DNA of 64,000 nucleotides from the human T2T-CHM13v2.0 reference genome, Homo sapiens: NCBI RefSeq assembly GCF_009914755.1, contig NC_060929.1; one strand, 5' to 3'. Shown piece by piece: positions 28,317 to 41,154 of this stretch (position 1 is its first letter; each line of letters starts with the position of its first letter). The notes under the pieces were generated by a model. It saw only the letters and a program-made list of their open reading frames with translations, ran no database searches and was not told where the DNA came from. The position numbers and the translations under genes were made by a program.

Positions 28317-28684
28317 TTTGAGGTTCTCAAACTCTGCCTCAAAAGACTGTTTCAATGGCACACTGTTCTCTCCTGACTTTAAATACTTTATGACACTCAA
28401 CTTGTTTGAACCAATGCTTGACCAGGCTCCCAAGGGACAACCCTTCTGTCCTGACTTGCTTGAAAGGAGTAGAAGCTCTGCAGTTGTGCAGCTCCTTTGC
28501 AATGTCCAATGCATACCCCATGGCAGCCCTCATCCCTCACCTGGGGCTGGGCTGGAACAGGCTCTGATCCAATTTCTGTCTTCTGAGTGAAAAGTGGACA
28601 AACAGGTTCCTTGAACCTCCCATTTCCTCCACCCATAAGGTGTTTTACTCTGTTCTTTGAACATTAGAGCTAGTTCTTTGGAAT

Positions 28685-29129
28685 TTACAAACCAAAAATT
28701 ATCTGAGATAGGTCTCAGTCATTTAGCTTATTTTGCCAAGGTTAAGGACAAGCCTGGAAGAAAAGAACACGGATCATAGAAACGATGTGTCGTCTGTGCC
28801 TTTCTCTAAAGATGAATTTGAGGGCTTCAGTATTTAAAGGGGAAAAGCAGGCTGGAGAGGAAAGACAGAGGGTTTGTAATCCACTTGTTGTAAGAGAAAA
28901 GGAGCAGGTAGGGGAACAGTCAACTATGTATTCCTCTCACACTCAGTAAATCGGCACCTTACATAAAGTAAGGTGAACATAAGAGTTATCACTTGTGGAT
29001 ATATTTAGCCTTTTATCTGTAGCTATCTGCTTAGGAACAAAAGGAAAGGCAATTTCTTGCATGATTCAGCTTAATTTTTTCCTTTTGGCATAGCTAGTTG
29101 GAGTCCCAAGTTTTTACTTTCCTTTCACA
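28685..29129 (-). mobile_element. MER4-family ERV1 solo LTR
   Basis: atctgagataggtctca..ttattttgccaaggttaaggac; ends gtcccaagtttttactttcctttcaca (reverse TGTGAAAGGAAA start). Confidence 0.88.
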
Positions 29130-29419
29130 AACTGCATTGCAGTTTGCACGTGGTTCTGTAACAGCCACATCAGTACACCTTTGGTAACCTCTGTATATTT
29201 GTAGTTTCATTGGATATTGCCCTTATAGAAAGAAAATTCTCCTCAGCAGACATGAGACTGTGTGTATCATGGGACAGGCATGATCTTCTTGCCCCTTGTG
29301 AGCCTTCTGGCCACAGAGTTATTAGGAAAGAGATTTAGCTAGCAGGAATATATTGTAGCAGATTCAACACAAGTTGGAAAACAGGTATGCAAGAATTGCC
29401 ACATTTCGTTACTTCTTTA

Positions 29420-29736
<317 letters not shown>

Positions 29737-30339
29737 TGGTTACTTCTTTAAATCAAATTAAATTCTATTCTCCACCTCCCTCCAGACTGGGGCAAAATTC
29801 AAAGGCAATCATCATTGAGGCTCCCTTCGCCCCCAACACCCACCTCCCCAAAGAGTCTTATATATTCAGAGAAATCCCTCTGATCTTTACTCCACTCTAG
29901 GCACTTTAGAAATGCAAATTCATTAAGCCGTCATGTTTCTTTGAAATCCAGTAGCCTGGAACCTCTGACTCCACCAACTGGTTGAGCATTGCTAGGTGAC
30001 CCCATTCCTTTCCCATCCCAGGGCAATGTGCAGGAGCAGACCATGGGTCCCCTCAACACATGAGACCCACAGAGCCCTGTGTCCTCTCTGGAGGCCTCCC
30101 CATTTTGCTGCTCTCATTCTGTCTCATTTTTCTCCCTGGCTTAACCACTTCAATATGAACTCAATTTCCAGAAAACAAAAGCCAAGGAAGACAGTTCTTA
30201 GGCGGCAACTTCTGTTTCCTGTTGTACAACACATACCTCCCCTAAGGCAAGGAAGCCTGCCCACTTTCTTGGAACAGGCGATAACACACAAGGAAGATAG
30301 AGCAAAATATCTCAATGAATTAACTTGCTACAATATATA

Positions 30340-30830
30340 AGAAATTTAGGCTGTCTCCAGGTTTGAGTTGTTCATTTGGTTGGTGATGGCCACTATATAA
30401 GAAGGTAATGAACATTCTAGTACATACATTTGTTTACATATTTATGATGAACTCCTTGGGGCAAATTCCTAGAAATGAGATTGTTGGGTCAGAGGGTATG
30501 CACAAGGAGCATTTTAATAAATATTGCTAAACTGAACTTTCAAAACAAGTATAGTAATTTACATTCCCGTTAACAAGGCATGATTGCTCATTTCCCAAGA
30601 TCTTTATCAAACCAAGTATTGTCAAGCTTTTTAAAACTTTACCAAATTGATAGGCATTTTTAAAATCTTGCTTTTGTCTGCATTTCTTCAGTTGTCAGTG
30701 AGGCCAAATACTTTTTCCCATATAGTATTTAGTCATATTAATTACCTATGTATATATTGTTTGTCTGATGGTGTATTCTTGTTATTGATTTGCATGACTT
30801 TTGGTATATTAAGGCTATTAGCCTATGATT
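30340..30830 (-). mobile_element. L1ME-like fragment
   Basis: aattcctagaaatgagattgttgggtcagagggtatgcac; aatttacattccc..aaca. Confidence 0.7.
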
Positions 30831-31196
30831 TGATGCTGGTCCCTAAAGTATAAGAGAGTCCTCTAAAACTCCATAAAATCAGACATCTTCCTCTTTAACT
30901 AAAATGGGGCAGTCACTTCAACAAAGCAGTCATACCTGTATTTGGTGAAAATTTTCAGCTATGGAACCTGGACCTGCCAAGCTCAAAGGAGACTCCAGTC
31001 ATCCAGAAGCCCAGGCCCTACCTGGCTTTCTCACCACCTGCTTTGCTCACCTTCAGAAGGGAAAATGTTCTGTGTTGTACATGGTGCTAAAACCCTCTAC
31101 ACTCACTTAGTAAGTCTAGAGTTTAGGGTGGGGAGTGCTGGTAATAAACAGTGCATATGTGTGACAAGTGTCTCCTCTGTAAATCATTACCTTAAG

Positions 31197-31892
31197 GCAG
31201 CATTCTTAAACTTTTCCAGAACACAGACCCCTTGGGCAGTCTTTTGAAGTCCATGAACCCTTTTCCGAATCAGTTTTTAAATGCAGAAAATAAAATACAA
31301 AGGATTACATAAGAAACTAATTACATTAAAAATGCTTATCAAAATATTTTCTGAACATAAATTTGTGACAATATATGGATGAATCCACATATGGATGAAT
31401 ATTATTATAATATGTATTATATAACATAATATGAATATTATTGTCACAAATTTATGGGACAAATTGACAAATTAATGCCAATATTGTGTATATATGGATG
31501 ACTATATCTTACTAACACATTAAATAATAAGACCTAGCAATGGCTTTAATAGCTATCATAAATTTAGAATTAGTGCTGAGAGTAAATGATAACAACAAAC
31601 AACCATAAAATAGTATAAAAATATCTACTTTCTATTAGTGGTGAAGTCATAGGTAGCACTAATACTAATGTATTAGGTTGGGGCAAAAGTAATTGAGGTT
31701 TTTGCCATTAAAAGTGTTGCCAAAAATCACAATTACTTTTGCACCAACCAAATAGTTTGTTCCCTACATCCATAATTGAAAGAAATGCTAAGTTTTATTT
31801 ACAATTGTTGGAGGTTAAAGAAAATAAGATATAATTTTTTCCCAACCAAGTTTATGGACATTCTGAATGCTGGGGGGTAGGTTAAGAGCCTT
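31197..31892. mobile_element. MER119-like hAT-Charlie element
   Basis: cagacccct..ggcagtct..tgaag.ccatgaaccc; aaatgcagaaaataaaataca..ggattaca; ends ggttaagagcct. Confidence 0.8.
31673..31752. mobile_element. MADE1 mariner MITE (80-bp hairpin) with TA target duplication
   Basis: ttaggttggggcaaaagtaattgaggtttttgcca...caaaaatcacaattacttttgcaccaaccaaa, flanked by TA at 31671-72 and 31753-54. Confidence 0.95.
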
Positions 31893-32076
31893 TTTATAAG
31901 AGGCAGAACATGTAGTGTTAGTTCAGAGGAGAATTCTGCTTCAATGTTTCCCTTGAGAAGGCCCTAAAACTTTTACTTATAAAGTTTTGTGCTGTACAGA
32001 TGTTCTACATTTTTAAAGATTCCAATTTTAACTTCATAGTTTCCATTTTTCTCCCATGCTACTGCTTTTTTGGTAG

Positions 32077-32292
32077 ACCGGTGCTTTTGCTCCAAGGGAA
32101 GCAAGGGTAAAGATGTGACGGAGCTTCAGGAGCTTCTCTCCAATGAAGTCATTGAGGCCTGCGAGAATGGGGCACGAGGCAGTCTTCCTGGAGAGCTGTC
32201 TTCAGCGTTGAGCAGAACATGACAGCTGAGCAAAACTAGAGAAGTTACAGACAAGGCCTGATACTTAATAAAGGCTCTCCCCAACCAACAAT
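32077..32292 (+). other. Candidate 3'-terminal exon of a non-coding transcript
   Basis: Acceptor ctgcttttttggtag| at 32076, AATAAA at 32267-32272, GU/U-rich element at 32293-32309. Confidence 0.3.
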
Positions 32293-32579
32293 TATGTGTG
32301 TCTTTTTCCATTGGACAGAGTCACTTACGGGTTCTTGAAGTTTCTCTTTGGAATCTTTCCAAGGGCATTTCTGACTTTATGTACCTCCATTGTCATAAGA
32401 TACCCTATTCTCAGTCTTATGACTAAGCAGCTAGTTCCCTAACTAGAATTGGTCTAGTTATGACCATCTTGTATATATAAACATTCAAATTTTATTCCGC
32501 ATTTTAAAGAAAGTGTTGAGAAAAATTATGCTTTAAATGTGGTCATTGTAAATTCATTGGAACAATGGAAATTACCAGG

Positions 32580-32900
32580 TTTTGTCTTTGACCAATGTTC
32601 CCTCTGACCTCTTTTCCTATCCCTGCCTTCACCTTGCTATCTCAGGTGATTTCTGATCTCACCTTAAAATGCCACTTATTCATAGAGCAAATAGGTCCCC
32701 TGTTACATTATCATGACTTATCATATTTTTAATTATATAATTTAATGATTAGCCCAATGTTGATCCCTCTTGCTAGATTCTAAGTTCCATGATGATAGTA
32801 ACCATGTTTGCTTTGCCTGTTTCAATATCCTCAATGCCTAGTTCGGAATCTGTCACACAGTAAGAGTTTCATAAATTTTCATTGATTAAACAATAATTAT
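32580..32900 (+). mobile_element. L2 3' end
   Basis: gctagattctaagttccatga...atatcctcaatgcctag..gtcacacagtaagag..aataaatttt. Confidence 0.7.
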
Positions 32901-32929
32901 TGTTGTCTCTAAAAAGAGAAATAGCATCA

Positions 32930-33150
32930 GATTGAGTTATAAGTTTGGTTTGAAGTGAGAAAACCTAGATCTGAATCTTTACATAGCACTTTTATTAGCT
33001 GTATGACCTTGGGCACATTACTAAATTGGTCAGTGCCTTAGTTTATTTGTCCATAAAATGGGAATAACATTAGCAACAGCATAAACTTTTATGAGGATTA
33101 ATCATACAATGTGACCAGAAAAACTCAAAATCAGCTGTTATTATCGTAAT
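32930..33150 (+). mobile_element. MIR SINE
   Basis: tattagctgtatgaccttgggcacattac...ccttagtttatttgtccataaaatgggaataa. Confidence 0.8.
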
Positions 33151-34351
33151 CATCATTGGAGAGAGAGTTATCTGAAGGAAAATAAAGATAAGGCATTGAA
33201 AACATTAAAAATCTCACTTCACATCAAGTTCTTTCTTGGATTCTTTAAAGTGAGGACAAAAAAAAACTCAAAAAAAAAGAAAGCCCCAAGGAAGTTATGT
33301 TTGGTAAAGATTTCTATAAGCACCAACTCTCTAGTAAGTAAGAAGAACTAGACCCACACCTTTTTCTTTTTAAATACATGAGCTTTTTATTATTTTAGCC
33401 AAAAATCCTCCCATTGAAAGAAAGTTGCATGGTCATAAATGATCTTCTAACAATGCCAGCAAATTCTCTGATGTTGCAGCTCCTTTCTGCCAGAGTCATA
33501 GCTAGATTGAGTAGGAGAGCTGTCGAGACAATGGCTAGAAGATGCCTTGCATTTGCATGCAAACTGCTGTTTAGCAATGCCAATCATCATTTCCAAATTC
33601 ATGCCAAATGCCACGATGTGATAAGGAGCATCATCTTTGTTCCCATCATTGCATCTCAACTAGTCATATTTACCAGTTATTAAGCACCTGCCAGTTGAAA
33701 CCTCATGAAGGATTTATTTCTTGACCTATGAGCTATTTCTGTACTACAAGGTATATCTGATTCTCATACCTGTGCTTGGCTCAACAACATTTCTGTGACA
33801 AAAAAAAAAAAAGCCAAAAATATAATTAACTCTTCAACCATTAAAGAAATGAGCAGTTTGTGACCACTGGAATAAGCAACATATATATCATTTGGATAAA
33901 AAGATAACTACCTCTTCTCTCACGTATCTTTCCATTACATCAAAATTCTTCAAAAGCTAAAAATAACTATCCTCTTACTGTCTACCTGAGAAGCCACACC
34001 TGTTTCTTCCTGCAAATCTACTCAAGATGTTTCCAGAAGACTGACCTGACCCTGGACGGATACCAGAGTGACTCAAACACAGTACTCAGAAGACCTAGTT
34101 CTCCCTGATGGCCTTCAGTGCCTCAGGCATTTCTTGTAATAAATGGTTTCCATGCTCAGAAATAGATGAAAGCCAGGTCTTGCACCTTTCTGGAATCAGG
34201 AAGAGTTATTATAACAGGCATAGATAAAAATTCAAGACCATAAAAGGAAGAAAAAAAAGATGGGTATGCACTGGAAAAGGCAGTAGAGAAAATAAAATGT
34301 AGCGTACCTCAGAATAATAAGAACCTGGTTTTGCTTAAAACCAGAGTGGAA

Positions 34352-35168
34352 GAAGTTTGAATCATGGTGGAGCAAGAATAGGAGACAAGCCCTCGCTGCT
34401 ATTGAATTCGCCCTTTCTGTTTGTGTTTGCACATCAGCCAAATTCAAAATGGCAGTGAGCAAGGCTGAGGAGGCCTCCAGAAAGCCAAGACAAAGGCAGC
34501 TTCCTGCTGCAGGAAGCCATGCTGTGCTTCCCCATAGGAAGGACTCATTGACCCCTGAAAACCGTCATCCTGCAGGGGTGACCCCCACTCTATACAGAGT
34601 AGCCGTCCTGGAGTACCTCAGAAAAGAGGTTTTTTAGGCAGCAGCAACTGCACCAAAATATATCAAAATGACAAATGTCACCTTTCTCACCAGTGGCCTA
34701 CCATTCCTTGAGATACAGAGTTGGAGTCTCTCTTAAGGCAACAATTGCTACGAGAAGTGTAATTCCATACATCTAGTTCTTCGATGGGAAAGAAAGGATA
34801 ACTGAAAGAAGTTAGGTGCCTGGATTTCTCATGACTTCAGAAATCCAAATATTTGAATGATCATCCAGTATCAGTGATGCCAGCAGACTGTTCACTGTGA
34901 AAAAGACAATTTTGCCTTTAATTTTATTTTAGCCACTTAGAAGTTTAATAGCCTTTTTACAAACGGATTTCAACATTTGTTAACTATATGTAGGTGTTAA
35001 TGCAGCACTGAAGAAGCTGTTGATTTTGAAGCAGTGGGTTTCTAATGAGTTTACTCTTTTTACAATGTGATGCAGAGGTTGTAGCAACAGATATATGATT
35101 TCATACAGATTTACTTCCACCATAGTGGATAAGAAGCTCAAATCTAAAACTCAAAAAAAAAAAAAAAA
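34352..35168 (+). pseudogene. H2AZ1: Processed pseudogene of histone H2A.Z.1 (H2AZ1/H2AFZ), full length, heavily decayed
   Basis: 5'UTR start gaagtttgaatc; ATG at 34449 (MAVSKAEEASRK vs MAGGKAGKDSGK); FPIGRTH*, AVLEYLRKEV, ELESL-KATIATRSVIPYI; intronless; 3'UTR ctgtgaaaaagacaattttgcctt and gaagctgttgattttgaagcagtgggttt match recalled H2AZ1 mRNA; poly(A) at 35153-35168. Confidence 0.93.
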
Positions 35169-35437
35169 CTAAATAAAATAAGGAGGAGGAGAAAGAGGTA
35201 GGTAAAAGGGAGGAAAGGGGTATATTTGAGGACAAGGTAGTGCAGGCTACCTTTTGCAAGGTAGGTGAAGGGAATGATATTGTTGAGAAGAACAGACATA
35301 TTTTCCAAGCAAGCCAGCTGGAGGAGGCCTTGGCAGGTTGGTGTGAATTTACTTCTGGCAGCACCAAACCTTAGAACAAGTATTTCTTTGGTTGTCTGTG
35401 GGTAAAGAAGCTACAGAATGAGATAGCTTAGTAATTT

Positions 35438-35470
35438 AAAAAAAAAGAAAGAAAGAAAGAAAGAAAGAAA
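35438..35470. repeat. A-run/(GAAA)n microsatellite
   Basis: Six GAAA units after a poly-A run. Confidence 0.9.
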
Positions 35471-36440
35471 GTAGCCCCATTCTCCTGAGCCAGGCCCTGC
35501 AGATAGGACCCCCAGTCAAGATGGTGACATCTCTGGGCAAGGAGCCAGCTTAATGCCCCCAAACGTCACCAGCACTCACTAAATGTTGAAGAACACAAAT
35601 ACTGGGATCGCTTTAAAAATATCTAGCTGTTTCTCTTCAATTGGGTTGAATTTCCTTTCGCAATATGAACTATGTTCCTGCCAATTTTAAAGTTTACAGC
35701 TCCAGCTGTTAGGGAGTTATGTAAGAGCAAAAGTGATCAAAGAGCCTCAAGAGTGGAAAATGCATTTTTTTTCCCTTGGTTGCATAACTCCTCGAATGGA
35801 ATGGGCAATGCAAAATGCAATAGAAATATCATCTGCCCACTCCTCCTGCCCCTCATTACTACCTTTCCAAGAAAAGAAAAAAAGTTCACCTTGGAGGGAG
35901 TAAAGAAGAACATGAGCAATGTTGTTGGACTCAAATTTAGCATGCCCAAGCATTTTTCAAAATAAAGTTGCAAGTAACTGAAATAGGTTTAAGCTGAAAC
36001 CAAATTCCTCTTAACTCTAGGGCACTTTCCCTAAAAATAAAAAATGAACCTAGTACATTAAAGAATGTAGTTCTTTACGGCCAGCACAATATTCTAATGT
36101 CATTATCTTCTGAATGTCTCTCCTCCTATTAGTCTTTTAGTTAACAAGCGTTGAAATCAGTTTGTAAAAAGGGAACTTCTCTTTTTGTCTTTGCCTTCCC
36201 AGTTCCTGGCATAAAATAAGATCCAATAAATAATACACAAATAAGGATTATAGAAAATGTGGCTTTAGCCATATGTTTAGACTGACTATCTGCGGAAGCC
36301 TAGACATGATGCAATGACAACCTTTGGAAGTAAGAGTGACACTTGATGAAAGCCAAACATGTACTTTCTTACCCATTTTTCCCTTTTTCCTCATGGCTCT
36401 GATTGCAAAAAGACTGATAATAAAAGCTAGACAAAGTCAG

Positions 36441-37296
36441 ATTGGTATTTGATCTGTGCCCCACCCACATCTCATGTCAAATTATAATCCCCAGTGTTGG
36501 AGGTGGGGCCTGGTGGGAGGTGATTGGATCATAAGGTTGGATCCTTCATGAATGGTTTAGCACCATCCTGTTGGTTCCAGTCTCATGACAGTGAGTGACT
36601 GAGAGCTTGACAGATCTGGTTGTATAAAACTGTGTAGCACTTCCCCTCTCTCTCTCTCCTACTCCTGTGCCCATCACGTGAGATGCCTCTGTATTAGTTT
36701 GTTCTTGAACTGCGACAAAGAAATACCTGGGACTGGGTAATTTATAAAGAAAAGAGGCTTAATTGGCTCATGGTTACACAGGCTATACAGGAAGCACAGC
36801 AGCATCTGCTTGGCTTCTGGGAAGGCCTCAGGAAACACAATCTTGGCAGAAGGTGAAGGGGAAGCAGGCATGTCTTACATAGCTGAAACAGGAGGGAAAC
36901 AGAGGTGGGGGGAGGTGCTACACTCTTTTTAAACAACCAGATCTCATGAGAACTCACTCACTACACAGTACCAAGGGGAAATGGTGCTAAACCATTCATG
37001 GGAACTCCAGCCCTATAATCCAATCACCTCCCACCAGACCCTATCTCTGACACTGAGATTTACAAATGAACATGAGATGTGGGTGTGGACACAGATCCAA
37101 ACCGTATCAGTCTCCCTCCCACTTTGCTTTCTACCACAGTTGTAAGTTTCCTGAGGCCTCCCCAGAAGCGGAGCAGATGCCAGCATCATGCCTCTTACAC
37201 AGCCTGCAGAACTGTGAGCTAATTAAACCTCCTTTCTTTATAAATTACCCAGTCTCAGGTATTTCTTCATAGCAATGTGAGAACAGACTCATACAC
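36441..37296 (+). mobile_element. MSTA/MSTB MaLR LTR (outer), split at 36689/37110
   Basis: ccccacccacatctcatgtcaaattataatccccagtgttggaggtggggcctggtgggagg ... taaattacccagtctcaggtatttcttcatagcaatgtgagaacagactcataca. Confidence 0.9.
36690..37109 (-). mobile_element. MSTA MaLR solo LTR (inner, inverted)
   Basis: tgtattagtttgttcttg...acagatccaaaccgtatca; 5-bp TSD gcctc (36685-89) / gtctc (37110-14). Confidence 0.92.
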
Positions 37297-39699
37297 AGAT
37301 GACAGAAGCGGACAAAGGTAGAAGTCTCTGTAAGCCGTTAGTAACAACTACAGAATATCTCTTGGGTTTCAGATGTCAATGGCCCACCATATTCGTCTCT
37401 GAAAATGTCAGCTACCATACCATAATAACCCCTGCCCAGAGCTGAGATAGGTATGGACTGTGATAAGCCTGGGCGCAAAGATCCCACATGCCTCAAGAAT
37501 GGCCCATTAACCACTTAGCAAGTGATATTCCCAGATTCAGGGTATACTCAGTCACTGGACAGTGTGATTCAGGTTGATAATACCTTCTACCAAAATCTAG
37601 GGAGCTCCATCCTCAATAGATAGATTCTACTCCAGTGGGAGGAAAGGGAAGCTAGAGAGAAATTCCAAAGAGCTGACCAAGGGTTTGAGAGGCAGCAGGA
37701 TGAGAAGACAGGATCATCCTTGCTAACTTTAAAAAGACACTTCTCTCTTTGTGATAAAATTTGCGCTCATTGCATTCTTGGTGTTTCCATTCCATCATCC
37801 TTATTTGGGTCTTCCATTTTTCTGGTCTTTTTATCTATTAAAGAGAGTAAAGGAGGATTCATGCACTGGAAAAATGTTGAATTAGAGAATGACTAAGACC
37901 TTTCCAGCTCTCAGACACTTTAGTTTACATATATTTTTGTACCCTTCTCATTGGTCTCAATCTGCACTTTTTTCTCGTAGGACTCTTCCCCACTATATAA
38001 AATCATCAGGTTACTTTCACTATTTCACAATCCTGTTCAAATGCCAAAATGTCCTCCCTACCTTACCCTAACCTCCTGAAAGTCTATACCTCTTTGCCTA
38101 TCAGAACACCTCAAACTGTGGTCTAGACCTTCCTCTTCTGCCTTATTTTCTCTATTGTCTAGAAACACTGGTCCTTTCTGAATCATGCCCATCTTTTAAC
38201 ATCTAGGCCTGGTACCTTTTGTCTAATTTCTCCATGCCATAGCAATATCTCAGTCCTCGGAGGTTCCAGGGAATGGTTTAATAAGGAGGCTCATGTGCTC
38301 AGTTTTCTCTTCCTTGCTGGAACTATGGGTCAATTCCATACATGTAGGCCACAATGGCTTCTAAATGTCATGGAACTTGAAGGGATCTCCTGTAGTGAGA
38401 AGAGCACTGATACAGACTCACAGGTCTAAGTCTCAGGGCCAACTTGGCTATTTAATGACTCTGTGGTATTGCACAAGTGATTTATAATCAGGTGTAGAAA
38501 GGGACAGGTACACTATTCAGTAACATGTGCCAGAAACCTGGGATTGCAGATTATTTTAAGCAGATATTAAATATTGTAATTTTATGTTTTAGAACAGAAG
38601 TTATTTTGTAACAAAAATTATAGAAAGTAAGGTTTGACCAAGTCTTGGCTAAAGAATGCCTTTAGAAATGGACTTTTTTTTAAAGTATTGAGGCTTAATT
38701 AGAGATGAAAGGCTTGTTTCCCTCAGAAATGGAGTAGATTAGAATTTCTAGGGGACATGAGATTTTTGTGGTTATTAAAAGGGTTAAAAGTTTAAGAAAA
38801 CTGGCAGCTTACCATATCATAAGTATTATTTTATGTAATATGGAAAAAGCAATTAATCATGGGGTTCTTGTGAGAATTAAGTGAGACAAGGCCTGTGAAA
38901 GTGTTTGTAAACAGCAAAGTGTTATTTAAATGTAACATATGAGCCCATATAAGAGGTTCTTATTACCCCATGTTTCTAGTTAATACCAGAAAAAGACAGC
39001 TTATACTGAATCCATTTAAAACAGAGACCAGTGTGGACATAGGAACTAGTAGGGGGAAATGAAATGTTTGATTTAAATATGGATATGAATATTAAAACTA
39101 AAAATTATGAAGATGATTTATTTACCTTGCACTTTATAAACTTTAGAATATTATTATGGCCATGTGCTAAATCTTAGGACAAATAATTCACATAATTTAT
39201 CTATTAAAATTGGATCATAGCACAATACAACTAATTTACCTTGCATTTGGGTTTTTTCAGTTTGCTCATAACAAGGAATAATTTTTGCAAAAGCATGAGA
39301 TGATTCATCAATTTTCTCAAGGAAAATTTGCTTTCTCTTTAGAAGCCCCAACATGTTATCAACTTTATCAATTTTCTTTTCTTCAATAATTGATAAAAGC
39401 CTGCCGGATTTTAATTTGTCAATAGCATTATATCTGATTGAATGTCTCCAACATCAATTTCATTATTCTTATGAAATACTAAATATTTTCTAAATTTGTC
39501 ATTTTGTTTCTTTTTTTGCACTGTTTTTCCAATGTATTTTCTGCTATTTATAATATCAGTAGGTCATCAAAACACTATTAACAAATACACATTGACATTA
39601 TGAGTGGAGGTAGATATTAGAGTTAAACAAAGAATACTCAGGTGGATCAATTCATTTTATAAATGGTCCATTTATTAGTTTTATATCTTATGGTAACTT

Positions 39700-39890
39700 G
39701 CTTTGCTTTGCAACCTGGCACTGCAAGGCCTTGGATGATGAATTCTTAGGTTAGTAATGAGAATTTTATCTCATATTTTGTATTTCTAATAATGCCTCTA
39801 CATTGCCTTACTGAGAGAGGTACTTGGTTGACTGGATAAGTAATTGATTGATTGAGAGGGTGAGTGAGTGAGTGAGTGAGTGAATGAAGA
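39700..39890 (+). mobile_element. L2 3' end with (GAGT)n tail
   Basis: tatttctaataatgcct...tgagtgagtgagtgagtgagtgaatgaa. Confidence 0.55.
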
Positions 39891-41066
39891 AACTGGAGAA
39901 AGAAATAAACAACCAACAGCTCTAAGCTCCTACTATAGATTTACGTGTTAGCAAAAAAAGCCACACAGAAGAATAGTTAATCTCAGAGAAATAGGATAAA
40001 CACAACATCAGAAATGAAAATGAATGGAAACAGACCAATTTGTCCAGGGTTCATGAGGAAAGTGTGTAGGTTCTCACTAGGTCCATCCCTAAGCAGAGAT
40101 GCAGATGAATAATATCTACAAAAATAACAATAATTGTAATAAAAGCTAACACTAGGCTGTGTCAAGGAGCCACTTTGTACCAGAGGCCTTATATGCATTA
40201 TGTTCAAGATTCTCGCATCAGGGAGTCTCAAGGGATCTATAAAGTTATAGGATAAATACAATTAATCATCTCAAGACAAAATTTTACTTAAAGATTTGCA
40301 AAGAAGAATTTTCATATTCTTTTTATCTTAAACACAAACATATTTTTGAGTAGACTACAAACTAGCCATACATTTATACAATAAAACTTGAGTTTTCTCA
40401 GACACTTTACTTTTGCAGAAGGTCTTGAGGCTATCTCTTCAGTGAGCATCCCACTATCCACCCTTTTGATCCTCCAAAGTACACGTTGATGCTCAGCTAT
40501 TAGGAACACTTAAGTGGAAAATTTTAGAAAGCTCTTTATCATATCCTGCCTTCCTCTCAGCAACTTCATGACACACATCTTTGTGACATGAGCATCATTT
40601 TTGTTTTGCATATGAAGAAAATGAGCCCCAGAGAAATTATGAATGAAAGCTTGCAAACTTGTTAGGACAGAATGGAGATTTCCCCTAAACTACATTGTCT
40701 GGGAGGCAAGATGATCTTTCCTGTCCCCATCATTTTCTCCTTTTTCCACTTTCCTTCTTTTGGCTGAACCTCCTTTCCAGATGCCCAGTCTCTGTGGTGT
40801 CTCATTACCTAGATTCATAGAGGAATACAAGCTGATGGTTTGTCTTTACACGTCAGGATTCTAAAGGGGTTAGGCAATTGAGTAGCTGCTTTCTAACAGA
40901 GAACTGCTAGGCTAGAGAAATGCTCATCCAGTTAACTGAATTGTCTTTAGTGGAATCTCCAGCTCCTCATAGATCAATTAGGGCAATACATTAGATGTCC
41001 TTTCCTGTACTCCTCAAATGACACTGAATGAACAGCTTCAGACATGCCAGGCCAGTTCTTTCTTAG

Positions 41067-41154
41067 AGCGCTGGCCAACAAAGACATCCGTGAATTATCG
41101 TCACAGCCCACCGTGCCAGCTTTCCCAGAGGGGGTGGCTGGAGAATGGCAGCAG
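41067..41154 (+). other. Candidate internal non-coding exon
   Basis: ttctttcttag| acceptor and consensus CAG|GTAAGA donor, 88 nt, retains CpGs. Confidence 0.3.

Noticed and set aside
33551-33563. Octamer ATTTGCAT within the palindrome TTTGCATGCAAA
   Set aside because: A single short motif that falls inside the putative pseudo-exon; no supporting context for a POU enhancer.
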